DNA of 64,000 bases from Amoeboaphelidium protococcarum X5 (lineage: Eukaryota > Fungi > Aphelidiomycota), in the NCBI GenBank assembly GCA_023515725.1, contig JALDTO010000251.1:496001-560000 (forward strand), written 5' to 3'. Numbering within the stretch: position 1 is the stretch's first letter; each line of letters starts with the position of its first letter. A program made the translations under genes and the position numbers. The notes below the pieces were generated by a model. The model ran no database searches. It had not been told where the DNA came from and was given only the letters and a program-made list of their open reading frames with translations. Of this stretch, positions 52,231 to 64,000 are shown in pieces.

Positions 52231-53531
52231 ATGACTTGCGACGTTAGCGATCAGTAACTCAAAGAGGCGTATGAAGAGATTAGATCGGGAGGCGACAGTA
52301 CTTGGTTAATCGCAGGCTACAAAGACACAAAAGATGTGATTTCCTTGTATTGCAAGGGTGCATCTTCTTTCGACGATTTGAAGAATGAGGTCGTATCTAG
52401 AGAGGAAGTCTTGTTCATCTACGTGAAAATCGACTCCAAATATGCTCTATTGACTTTTATTGGTGAGAAGGTGGTTGGCGTAAAGCGAGCAAGAGCCCTG
52501 GTACATGGACGCGTCGTTGCGAATACATTGAAGGTAATCTTATCAAATACAGCAAATATCTAATATATCATACCTCGCGCACATTCAATTGTATGTAGGA
52601 ACATAATACATTCTGGACTGTGACTAGTAATGCCGAATTTACAGAGAAGAATTTGAGACGTCAACTAAATTTACTGCAATCTGTTGAGAATCTGAGCTCT
52701 TCCAAGGCTTCCAGTATCAACAATCTGAACATGACGTAAAGTGCAATTAGTCCGGCATCCAAATCGAGCAGTCCATTATCATAATCAGCAGTTGAATAAT
52801 CTCCCTAAATTGCGCGGTCTCCATTATCAGATGCTTAATCGGTAACAAGCAGCAATAGTGGGCGCGAATCTGCGAGAGCAGATCCATTGAAGAAAGACAT
52901 CTAACCCCCAACGCGTAAAGATAGTGCTGTAGGTGCCTCCACCTCAGGGTCTAAAGTGAATAGTCGCGATGATTTTAATCACGCCAAGACTGGACAAAGT
53001 GCTTCTTCCTCGCCGAACAGCTAGTTTTCCCCTTCAGCTGAGTATGCTCAAGATGATAAGAAGCCAGCCAAAGTTGATGATAAAGCATCGCGCAAGGCGG
53101 ATACCGACAATTTTGGTCAGAAAGTCTCACAAACCTCTCCGGTAAGATCGGTAGAATCTAGCGGCCGCGATTCTAAAGTAAAAGAGCTACCTGGCGTCAA
53201 ATCTCTTGGACACGAAATTCATGATGCTGCAGTCCCCGTCAAGGGATTCGTGTTCTAGCAGGATGCCTTGAGTTGCTGGAAGAGAAGATTCTACGGCGTT
53301 TCGGGCCGCGATCTGGTGTTGATGAGCGATTTAAATGCGTCACAAATTGTCAAGAAAATTGACATCTCTAAGCTAAAGACTGTCACGCCGATAGAAGAAG
53401 AGATCATGATCAAGTTCAGTGTACAGCTGGTCAGTCAAGATAAAGCAACTAGCAACTTTTATTGCAGCTCAGATGATGAGTTCAAACTATTTATGAAACT
53501 AGTCTTGGAAGGAATGATGAGCTAATCTTGA
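52231..53531 (+). CDS. ADF-H (coactosin/drebrin-like) + C-terminal PH-like domain protein; intron 52534-52598
   Basis: LKEAYEEIRS...WLIAGY...KYALLTFIGEKVVGVKRAR, Ser-rich linker, VKGFVFQQ...WKRRFY. Confidence 0.85.
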
Positions 53532-56073
53532 TCGGATACTGTAAGTAAATCGCAAAATAGTGAACGGGGATGAATGATGATAAAATAAATAAAATCAGAA
53601 TTGCAAAATATTTATCTTCTATAAATACATAGTCATAATGTGTTGAACAGTTCCATAGACATTCATAAGGCTGAATCCAAACTTCTCGATACCATAGTGC
53701 AGATTACAGAGCTCAATACCACACAGAGGAGTAACATCGACATCAAAATCAGTGTGAGGATCTTCTCACTAAAAGGAGGTTCTATAGGTGTCCTCTCAGT
53801 CTCTCTGTAGCAAAACTCACTCATTGGATAATGAGATTATGTTATATCGTTTCTGTGCACACAATTCTATTCCAAATCCATCGACGTTTGGGATGAGTTG
53901 GATTCCAAATCAGCAGCTGCAATTGTAGAAATCATCTAATGTATTTTAAAGAATTTAGAGTATATGCAATCAGCCAATTACTAATGGATGATCTGATTGA
54001 ATATCAATTTTATATGGTAAAAGAAGCCACCAACAATAGTCTAAAGCGAAATAATCGAATGGATCCCAGGGGTGTCTGTAAAAAGCCCAGACCGCCGAAT
54101 AAGATTCAGGAGCAAAGAATTCTCGTTTGGAAATCACAAAGTTTCTTCGGAACGCGTTTCAAATCGGATCATCATTGATCGCCGCTGCTGTTGATTGTTT
54201 CATGCAGATGGGCTACATACAAACTGTGGATAGCTTATTTTGCCGAGTAAAATGCAGTAAAACTATCCTTCTATATTGGTAGTTTTAAAGTGGTGAAATT
54301 ATCTAGCCACTCTGTTGTGGCCAGAACACTGTGCCCCGTAAAATTATGGCACTTAGTTTGCATTCAACAACCGAAGAGCCCTGTTCATCAACACTATCAA
54401 TACTTTTCAAATTTTAGAAATTCGGTTAATATTTATATGCATATGTCCGACATTTAACATACGCCAATTGATGACATTAATAAGGTTCACGGTTGCATAT
54501 AGATCACTCTCATCAATAGTTTTACAACGCTTAAAACATAATCTCGTTACTAAATTCTCCATTGATAAACCTCAAGTTTGCAATGCTATAAACACGCAAA
54601 TTAATGAAATACTGATTAACTTTTCACCTGTCGAGGGTTATCTTGTAATTATCCTCCTTACCTTATTAAGTTACTGTTACACCCAGTAAACAGAGGATAA
54701 ACTTCGCGTTTTTCATCTCGGCGGTATAACAGAGATTTTAGGAATCATACGTATCTAGAGGTTCTGGTTTTGTATCGACTTTTGCCCGTTATGGGTACCA
54801 GATTTAATGTAAGGCTTGACATAGTTCCTTTTGGGAATGTAGTTATGTTGCAGCTAAAGGGTGATCAGATGGTGTAGACCGTGGTATGGCAGGCGCGTAT
54901 GTTCAAAATGATGTATATGACTTAAAGTATCAATAGAAGAATAATATTCAAGGGTCTGTTTCAACAGCCGGTAGTTGTTTATTTATTTTTTATAACTAGA
55001 CATGAAGCATAAATGGACCAGACAAATGTGTAATTCTGATCGCAAAATAATTAAATTAAAACTCTACTTCTATAATAGACGTATAAGTAATCGTTCAGTT
55101 TTAAATTCTCACTGGTAATGTCAATAAGGTAAGTTCCAGTTCGTGGAGTGCAAGAACGGTTGGCACTTCATCCGTAACAGTCAATTTTTGAGAACGACTC
55201 TGGAAGAGCTGGCGTCTTTCAATATAAGGTGATCTTGTGATTACTGTATATCTGTTATAATCATCAAAAGATTAATTATACTTACTCTACTACCACCTTC
55301 AACAATAATGTCGACTGACTAAAGTTAGATCATGATTCAAACCGATTCAGCCAATCTATTTATAAGACACGTCATTACAGTGCATCAAATATAAATTTAC
55401 TCTTCTCCTTGTTAATAATCTTGTACTTGGCTTATTTTTTCACTTTCAACGTCCTGTGATAATACAAATATGCAGAACACTCGTAATTAAAAAGAAGTTT
55501 GACGATGTATGGATTGGACCACCTGCTGTGAAGAGAATGTTGACTAACTTGTATGAAGATTCGTTAAATTTAGAGTAGATGCAAACCACTGGTTTCTGTA
55601 TTACGTGGTGACACAATGTCATTAATTGGATGTATTTACTGAATTTAAAAGACGATTTGCTGATCCTTATTATCAGACGCAACCGTCATTGAGTCACATC
55701 TCTATTTAGCACCGAACCAGAAATTACTTTATGATCTAACGCGACCATATCATTCAATTTAGTTTAGAACAGACTATATACAAAATAGAAGTAGACAGGA
55801 AGGTATTTACCAATACTGCGAATCGAACAGAGACACCTACAGAAGCACAAGACGCTCCTACATAATGTTAATAAGATAAATACTCTATTAACACGTTAAG
55901 TGGAAGAAATCAATGTTCATAAGAGGCGCGCATATATACTGCAGATACTTGCCTATTCGAGATCTAAATGATGAAAGAGGCGCGCACTTGAAACAATGTT
56001 GATCATCTAAGCCCCACAGAGTCTTCTGTTGATACTTGATCGACGCGTGTGCTAACATTCATCCACAAGTTAC

Positions 56074-56315
56074 GCCCCCTTCGCCTTGCGTTCGGGCGGG
56101 GACAAGGCTTTACAGGACTTGTGTGTACGTGTTAAGTCACGGGTTCGAGACTGACAAAATCGTCTTGGCTGGGTACTTTACCTCGGTTTAAGTGCCATTG
56201 ACTTCATCTTGGCCGGGCCTACTCATCAAATGATACTGTTATCGTATTGCCTAGAATTGCGCCGAATGCGGAACTAATGAGTTACATTGCCTTGTCGTCG
56301 GGCAGGAACTTCTGC
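56074..56315. ncRNA. Candidate structured non-coding RNA (unassigned)
   Basis: GC-richer intergenic island with nested inverted repeats (GACAAGGC 56101-08 / GCCTTGTC 56289-96; ACTCAT/ATGAGT; GACTT/AAGTC), flanking hairpins and a B-box-like GGTTCGAGAC. Confidence 0.3.
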
Positions 56316-56565
56316 GGTCAATCACATGATAAAGGTTAGCTTTTCCCATGAGAAGAAGGGAGTATCCTTAATAGTGAATTTACGCCGTGTGGCAAGTGGA
56401 AATTTACGTACTCAGTACAGAATAGAGCGCGTTCAACGCTCATTCGCTCCACTCTTTTTTGAGTTTCTCGAATTGTTTCAAACTTTCTCCACTTACAGTG
56501 CTGCGTTTGTTTCTTCCGCCTTTCATCTCAAGCAAGTACAGTTTTACTTTTAAATACAAGTTGAA

Positions 56566-57546
56566 ATGTTGAATTATTTTAGAACTGCGATACTGTTGAT
56601 TGCTCTGTTTGTGCTGTACTACAACTTTGGTCCAGAGTTTGAGCAGGTGGGAAAAGTGAGGAGAGCCGCCACCATAAGTCTGCCTAGAAAGTGTTCTGAT
56701 AATAAGCTTTTTGCTTTTACGTTTGACGAGGGTCCATTTTAGTACACCAGGCAAGTTTTGGATGCTTTGGAGAAGGTTGGTGGTAAAGCTACGTTCCATG
56801 TGTCTTCCTAATTCTTTTATGATTAGAAGTATGTCAATCTGGTGAAGGAGGCCTATGACAAGGGACACTTGATTGGATTAAGATTTCCGCCTGATGTGGA
56901 TCCCCGTACCTTGACGAATAATCAATTCACTAAAATTTTGTTCGATGAGTCCAACAAAGTTTACAATATCATCAAGTTTTACCCAAGATTTCTGAGACTG
57001 CCTTATGAGCAATGGGAAGACCGCACTATTAATCTTGCCAAGAGTATGGATATGATCCCTACTGAGTGGAACATTGATGCATACGATTACCAGATTCAAG
57101 GCTCTGCAGAATCTCCAGCTATTGATCAAGTTATTTCTGTGGTCAAGTCTGCTGTTGACTAGGCTCCGGATGGATCTGGTTCTTTCATCTCTTTGCATCG
57201 TGATATCTACGTTATGTACAATAGCGTCGATAAGGATGTTGAGCTTCTGAAAGTGCCTACTGACAGAGGTTACTCTCTGGTGGATATGGCAAATTGTTTG
57301 GGGCGCAAAACTTCTGCGTACCGTAATGTTAACAGTGACATCGGAGTTGTTAATCTGAATGTCACCTTGACCAAGGGTGGTTCACCTCCTGGTAGTCAAA
57401 CTCCATCACCAGGAGCACCTGTAATTGGTAATCCTGGACCTCCAGGCGCACCATCTCCTGCAATCAATGGTGTGTCAAGTCAATTTGCATTGAACTTGAT
57501 AGCGTTGTTATGTTGTATGACTGCATTGATCTTTTTGCAGTATTGA
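56566..57546 (+). CDS. CE4 chitin-deacetylase-like protein 1, probably inactive, GPI-type tail (326 aa)
   Basis: FAFTFDEGP, KATFHV, GHLIGLRF, FLRLPY, ISLHRD, GYSLVDMANCLG, Pro/Gly linker and hydrophobic C-terminus. Confidence 0.9.
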
Positions 57547-57893
57547 TTGACTACTAATTTTTGAGTGGAGTTTTGTTGAATGTATTCTATGATTTTATCG
57601 GTATGAAGTCCTTTTATGCGAAACATCATCTGAAACTGGTTCGGAAACTTTTCCCCGTGGCGGCAATAAGCTTTCTCTTTCCTACGCCTTCGATCGTTCT
57701 CCTAATCGGACATGGTTTCGTTTCACTCGGCCGTTTCAAATTTTGTTTCGCTTTGTTTCTGTTTCTCTCACATTTCTACTCGCTGAGCTGTTTGTCTTTG
57801 GCTTTGTTTCAACTTCACTCTCTCTTTCTCTTTCATTCATTACATTGGTAGATATAAAAAGTCTTTATAATCCAACTTTATATACTCTTCGTT

Positions 57894-58925
57894 ATGGCTT
57901 TTTTGAACTTGTTTCGTCTATCTGTGTTGGCAGTGTCTGTGGCAGTCTCTTGGTTTGCCTTCTTTAGTGATAATGGCCTCAAGCTTGGTCGTCGTGCGGT
58001 GCTGAGTAAGTCTTCATATTTGACCGTGCTATATGTTTCGTTCACTCCTCTATGTTATTTAATGTTCATGTGTGTAGGCAATGTCCCTAGTTTCTGTAGC
58101 ACTCCATCCTAGGTTGCATTGACTTTTGATGAAGGTCCATCCCAGTACACTCCTGCTGTGTTGCAAGGTTTGGCTGCCAATGATTTGAAGGCCACCTTCC
58201 ACATCATTACTGACTACTTCTCTAACGTTGCAATGGTGACCAACATGCAGACTGCATATAGCCAAGGTCATGTCATTGGTTTGCGGTAAGCTTTTATTTT
58301 GTTGTGATACTGTAACATTTACAATGAATGAGTTTTAATGTGTAGTTTCAAGCCTGATGCCACTAAGTTGAGCTGTGACGCTATCCTGAGCCAGTTGTTG
58401 ACTATGAGCAATCAAGTTTACCAGATCATCAACGTCTATCCAAAGTTTGTGCGCTTCAGCTATGACCAGTACAATGATGCCAATGTTGCTTGTGTCAGTG
58501 GTGCTGGTTTTGTTGTCTCATCCAACAACATTGATGTCATGGATTATGACAGTGGTGTGACCAATGAGCAGATTAGCTCTGCTTATATTGCTCAATTTTC
58601 TCAAGTTGGTCGCGGTCTGGGTAGATATATTGGTCTGCACCATGACTTGTACACCATCTACCAAGATCCTTCTGTTCTGGCTAACCTGGCCACCACTCTT
58701 AAGAACTGGGGCTACAACAGTGTCACTATGGACAAATGTCTGGGCATCGCTTCTGCTTACCGTACGAGCAATGCAGCACCACCAGGCAGTGGAGCAAAGG
58801 TGACTGCAGGTGCTCCAGGTACTCCAATTACTCCTGCAAGTACCACCAATGCTGCCTCCCCTATGGCTTTGACTGGCGCAGCATCTTTTGCTTGGGTCTT
58901 GGTTTTGGCGTTTTTACTGAATTGA
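57894..58925 (+). CDS. CE4 chitin-deacetylase-like protein 2, probably inactive, GPI-type tail; introns 58006-58077, 58286-58345
   Basis: VALTFDEGP, KATFHI, GHVIGLRF, FVRFSY, IGLHHD, GYNSVTMDKCLG, hydrophobic C-terminus. Confidence 0.9.
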
Positions 58926-59176
58926 TTTTGAATGAATGATGTTGTGCAGTACATGTATTATTGTACGTATTAATGAGACTTACTTTGATTGTTGATATTC
59001 CATTCTTGTTATCCTTTTTTCTCTGACTTGATTGAATAATATAAAATGCCAGATAATTGTGTAATCAAAACAAGGCAATATGAATATAAGCGCGAATATT
59101 CATGTGTATTATATTCATGGTTTTCTCAATATAGCTAATTAACCATTGCATGGATGCCAATACTTCATATGGAACT

Positions 59177-60307
59177 TCATAGTATGCTGTGAACAGTAAT
59201 CTTCTCCATAATGACTTCTTCCTCTTGAGCCTGTTACTCAAACTGGCCACCGCCCAAAGACTCTTGCTGTTGTTACGTCTGCTTCAGTGGCTAAAATCCA
59301 CCACCTCCACCTACGCTCTGGGACACCAACTCATACCTCTGAGGTTGCGGCTGCTGCAACTGGGTTGACGTGGACTGCTACATTTCACCAACCGCGGCAC
59401 TAGAGCCACCTTGCTATTGCTTCTGAGGCTCCCATCCGGTTCTTGAATACTACACAGGCTCGCCGCCGCCCAACTCCTCGGAAGTCTTTTCATATCTCTG
59501 ATAACTCTGTGGCTACAGTTCCTCCTACTTCACAGCGCTACTTGCTGCAAAAGATGCCGGCTAGTACTATTGCTACTGCTATGTATAATATGGTGACTGA
59601 TATTGAGGGCGCGACCAGGTTGCAGAAGTTGGTGCCTGCTGAGGAGTGAAAGCGGGAGTCTGCCAAGGTTAGTATTACTGCGACAGTTAAGGACTTCCAC
59701 CGGCGACACCTCCAAATCCAGCACCAACAGGAGAAGCAAGCTATTGCTGAGGAATCGTGTAAAGCGGCTAAGTAGTGGCAGCATATTCAGAGACTCCATA
59801 GCCTTCTTTAGCTTGACCAGTAGTAGCCATAGAAGGCTTCTTGAACATCTTGCCCATGCCGCCTTGAACAGCCCCCGCCATCATCTGATAGCCGCCGTGG
59901 AGTTTGGAAGGCTTCTTAGCCGATTGGTAGGTACTAGACTGAGGTTGCGGATAACTCGTAGGAATGTACTACTGAGGACTGCCACCAGCTGATAATGGTT
60001 ATTGTTATTGTTGCTGATATCCATACTAAGGTTGGGCAAAAGGCTGTTGTTGTTGTTATTGTGACTGCGGCAGGTAAGGAGTCGCGCCGCCCAGTGCTGC
60101 CGATTAGTACAAAGGCCCTCCAGGTGTGGATCCATACTACTGACCATATTGTCCAAAGCTTGTCGGTTGATACAGCGGCTGTGTTGCATAAGGACTTCCA
60201 TAAGTGCCAGTGGTAGATGGCTGATAGGCATACGCTGGTTCCATCATGTACGGCTGCTACTGCTTATAAATGCCGCCTTTTCTAGCCTTTGACTATTGTT
60301 GTCCCAT
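59177..60307 (-). CDS. Gln/Tyr/Gly/Pro-rich low-complexity protein with N-myristoylation motif (376 aa)
   Basis: MGQQQSKARKGG start. TGA-free frame dominated by Q/Y/G/S/P with polyQ written as mixed CAA/CAG/TAA/TAG. Confidence 0.8.
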
Positions 60308-60620
60308 ACTTCTTTAATTGGTCTTTATTAATCTCACTTTATTACTAGTATACTCCAATATTAAATCGACAAAGTATAAGTGATAGTCACTATAAATGTC
60401 GTCGAGATTAATAGTAAAATTGAAATATGAACACTCTGCCATCATCTGACGCCGACTCCGTACTGACGTGTTGCATCGCAGCTATCCACGTCTAACTCAT
60501 CCCATCGCAATTGACGCTGATATACCGTAAGTCTTTTTAATCCACAATACAAACTAAATTTTAATATAAGCTTAAATATTCAGAGGCAGAATTCATAAAC
60601 GAATCAAAACAAATGTATAA

Positions 60621-61778
60621 TCAAACCATTTCATTCAGTTCATAGTGGTGATGCTCACCATCAGTGCCATCAATGGATCCCCTCATCTTTGTACTAAATC
60701 CAAGCAAGTGAGCAAGCTTAGATCGGCCATAATGTAAAAAGAATGACAAGCTCCACATTAGAATGACAAACGCAGTAACTCCCACTATTATGACCCAATT
60801 CAGTCCCCGAGTGGGATCTACGAAGAAGTATGGATAGCCATAGCTAGTATACGCCCAAAAGTACGGAGAGAGGAACGAGTATATCAGATACAGAATCAGA
60901 AAAAACACCATGAACACAACCTATCCCCAATAGTACACAATACTGTTGCAGAGCATGAAATCCAAAAATACAAGCAAGAAATCAAATCCATGTACGCTAA
61001 CAGACAGCCATCGTTCCTCATCAGTGGACGTTGACCAATTAAACGCCTTACTCAACAAGGCCCAATACACGATAGGCACGACTAGATGATAAGTGAAGGT
61101 TATAGAGTAGGCAATGGTACACACCACGTCTATCCACTTTGTTTTCTAATTTCGATACTTGTCAGGATTGAGGTGATACCTGATAGACAACACGTTGGCC
61201 AGCCACAAGTATATGAAAAGCCCAAGATAACTGAGATGAGTAAAATACGCAAACCAGTACGATTAGTTCCATTCAGAAATCAAACTATTAATAATGATTA
61301 TAGTGGAATATATAGCCAGTATACTGCGTACAATTATCTACTTGTAATCCTTCAAAAAGTAAGACGTGGCAATACGTTCGCGATGAATGTAATCTACTCC
61401 CACTAACCAATTGAAGAATCTGTCCCAAGTGAAATGGCGCTCCCTAGGAGCAGAATGATGAATACCAGGTGGAATGCAGCAGAATATAGTTGGCAATGAG
61501 CAAGTGGACTTGTAAACCTTCAGAGATCTATTATCGTACTAGTTTTACATTGTCTTTACGTGATACATATCCATCGAATTACTATCATCAGATTTAGGCG
61601 ATTCTTCACTGTTAACTTTCGGATACTACTACTACTACTGCTGCTCCTGTATCTTTAAATCATTCATATCACCAACAGCATTAGCACCTGCAGCTTCATT
61701 GTGAGACAGCTGATGAAAACTAGAGCTTCTTGCATTCAAGCCAGGCTCATGCTCTGCATTATCACTATCGTTGCCCAT
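60621..61778 (-). CDS. AIG1/FAR-17a/rolling-stone-like multi-TM protein (385 aa)
   Basis: FAYFTHLSY, VVPIVYWALL, SVHG and YPYFFVD motifs with ~6 TM segments. Confidence 0.75.
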
Positions 61779-62165
61779 TACTCTACTCTATTAAAATGAT
61801 GTAGCGAATACACTTATAAATTCAAGATTCAATTTAATACCAGACTATAAAAATCGATAAAAAACAAAATCGCTACTGATCTAGGTACGAGTCACAATTA
61901 GCCCCTGACAAATCAGTCAGATGTGTACTGTTGATGATGAACTGCAAATCGTCCGTCAGTTTCGGCTATCTGCGTGTGAATCTTTAAGTCAAGGGAGAGC
62001 TCTTTAGTCATTCAGTACTGTACAGGACAAAGTGAAAGTTTATGCTGAGATAAGGTGAAACGGAAACACGCGCGTTATCGCCTTAGAAACGAGTTCTGCA
62101 TACTGTAGAAAGAAGTACTGTACGTAACTGACGTATTATATACAACTGTTATCACGGTAGGGACT

Positions 62166-62549
62166 TCACATAAACAATTTGGGATACTTTTCAATTGCTG
62201 TCACCAAGTCTTGATTGTACAGCTTCAGATCTACACATTATAAGACGGTTGCATAAGTTCAATGTTGCAACCCACGATTTATATAAATACCAAAGTTGTC
62301 AGAGAATGGAGTAATGACCATTTCCTGGACAGAGAAATCTGGCTTCACCTGCCCCAGTACTTCAATAATAGCATTATCCGCGCAGTTGTATGGATTCTGC
62401 AGATTTATCTTCATCTGGCCATTGTTTGCGTCTTCTAATTACAAATTGAGTTGTGAATTCTAATTGCTTACCACTCTGCCAACTACTCTTACACGCTAGT
62501 TGACATAGTTGCGCACGTTAGAGGTGGTTATTCTAGGTGTTTTCTCCAT
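62166..62549 (-). CDS. RPA3: Replication protein A 14-kDa subunit; intron 62231-62290
   Basis: MEKTPRI...VRVVGRV...IEVLGQVKPD...FSDNF|DLKLYN...YPKLFM-TGA, 107 aa. Absent from the ORF track. Confidence 0.88.
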
Positions 62550-62909
62550 TTCAAATGATGTCTTTGAGAATTATAGTGGAAGAACAAGAGAGTTTCGCTG
62601 AATGAGCTAGAAAAAAGACGAAAGATCTCTGCAGGTTGTTTTACAAGTCTTACGCGTGTTTGAAAAGATCTAAGAATTCACTATGTATTGAAGTTTTTCA
62701 TTGCTTAATGTTCTAGATGGTGTACATAACTGGCAGACAACTCATGTCCAGTCACGACAAACTGACTAAGATTGATTGACACATCAGCGCGTGTTGATGG
62801 CAGTGATGAGTCTGAAGCGATACATCATTCTGCTTAAAAGCTCAAAATATTGATATATGTTCTTCATTCTCAACATTTTGATAACTGAAATCAATCATAA
62901 TTTTTAAAC

Positions 62910-63773
62910 ATGAAAGTCTTGTTGAATTTTCTAATCGGTGGGTGCGCAGCTTCATTCTTCAAAGGTGGCTTTGACATGTTTGGGAAGGAGCGCGATGAAG
63001 TCGACTTTTCAAGATTCTGCTCCTCTGGTGTCCTTGAAGTGAACTACTGGCACAGAGAGCGTCAACGTGATTCTCTGTCTTTTGAGGAATATGAAGGTGA
63101 ATAGCGTGAATTCTCAGCTGCAGTTGAAGATGACATCCAGGTGGAGACTTTATCCAGAATGGGATTCAGTAAAGTGAAAAATGGTAATCGTTTCAAGATG
63201 GATTTGTATCCGCTGAGTGATCTGGAGGATACTCCAGACTCTGATCTCCTTGCGCAAGGTCGTCGCCATTTGAGAATTGCTCCTATGGTAGTCATTGGAC
63301 ACGACAAGGACGTGTTTGTTCTGGAAGAAGGTGTGTTACAGCGCGGCAAGGGTGATCAAAGACGTCAGTTGGTCAAATGCACCAGATATCGACAAGAACC
63401 TCAGAAAAAGATTGAACTTGGCCGTTCACGCCTTCATGGTTTAACTTTCGAAAATAATAGGCTTTGTTTGAAGTACAGCGACGTCCTGCCTCACCGCTCA
63501 AAGAACGACAAATGTCAAATCCGGGAGAGTGACCTCTACATGGACCCATTCACCAAGCATGTCATGGAAATGTCTGCTCTGGGACGCGTCTACTCTTGTA
63601 ACTTTGCAATGTCTGCCGTATTTCATGAGTGGTCCTGGGACGTGTCTAATAAGCATGATTAAATGAAGTTACGCCTGCCGCATGATGTGTCTGAACTGTG
63701 TCGTGAGGGAAATCTGGCAGATGAAAGTAATCGCCATCACGCCGTTGTTGTTTAAATGGCCCAGATGGTGTGA
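62910..63773 (+). CDS. Hypothetical, possibly secreted protein (287 aa)
   Basis: Track ORFs 62910-63104 and 63141-63662 are in frame via TAG and extend past TAA to TGA 63771. Short hydrophobic N-terminus. Confidence 0.75.
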
Positions 63774-64000
63774 TAAGGACCGCTGTATCATTGCTGGTAT
63801 TGTCTCATTGCTTCCAAGACTTAATGATTGATTAATGTATGAATAAAAGTTTTGCATTTTACTATATTAATCGTTAAATGCTCTCTCTTCTGCTGTTATA
63901 CTGAAAGTGCGGCAGTTGTCCGATGTATCGTCTAGTGCTAAGCCAAATAAGAAAGGCAAATTATCATGAAATAATCTCTTCAGTAGCAATTTAACGGTGT

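Noticed and set aside
53640-55900. Several 70-110-codon frames, including a possible small TM protein at ~53665-53936 (-)
   Set aside because: No convincing homology or consistent gene structure by eye, so left unannotated.
1-64000. Interpretation as mass pseudogenisation or sequencing error
   Set aside because: The interruptions I inspected in conserved genes are TAA/TAG, never TGA or frameshifts, and fall at conserved Gln sites in essential genes.

Overview
This is gene-dense eukaryotic DNA from a fungus-like opisthokont in which TAA and TAG encode glutamine and TGA is the only stop (ciliate-type code, table 6). The supplied standard-code ORF track is therefore fragmented. I re-translated the window by hand with TAR=Gln and recovered about 35 genes, which end in TGA. 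A few have short GT-AG introns of 56-72 nt. The code plus fungal-type gene content (RTT109, CE4 chitin-deacetylase-like genes, a Crinkler-type effector) points to an aphelid such as Amoeboaphelidium protococcarum; this is inference. Contents: the 5' part of an apparently intact, recoded Ty1/copia element; an accessory block of secreted proteins (a repeat protein, three CAP/SCP paralogues with a shared novel C-terminal module, and a paralogous secreted pair); and housekeeping genes (AOX, RPS15A, enoyl-CoA hydratase, RPN6, PHO13-like, UBP6, LARP7-like, RTT109, RAD18, RPA3, SH3-PH-RhoGAP, sugar porter). Also present are a Crinkler-NTPase-nuclease gene, a small gene resembling giant-virus KYGV-repeat proteins, two apparently dead chitin deacetylases and two structured intergenic elements. 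Coordinates were counted manually and may be off by a few bases.
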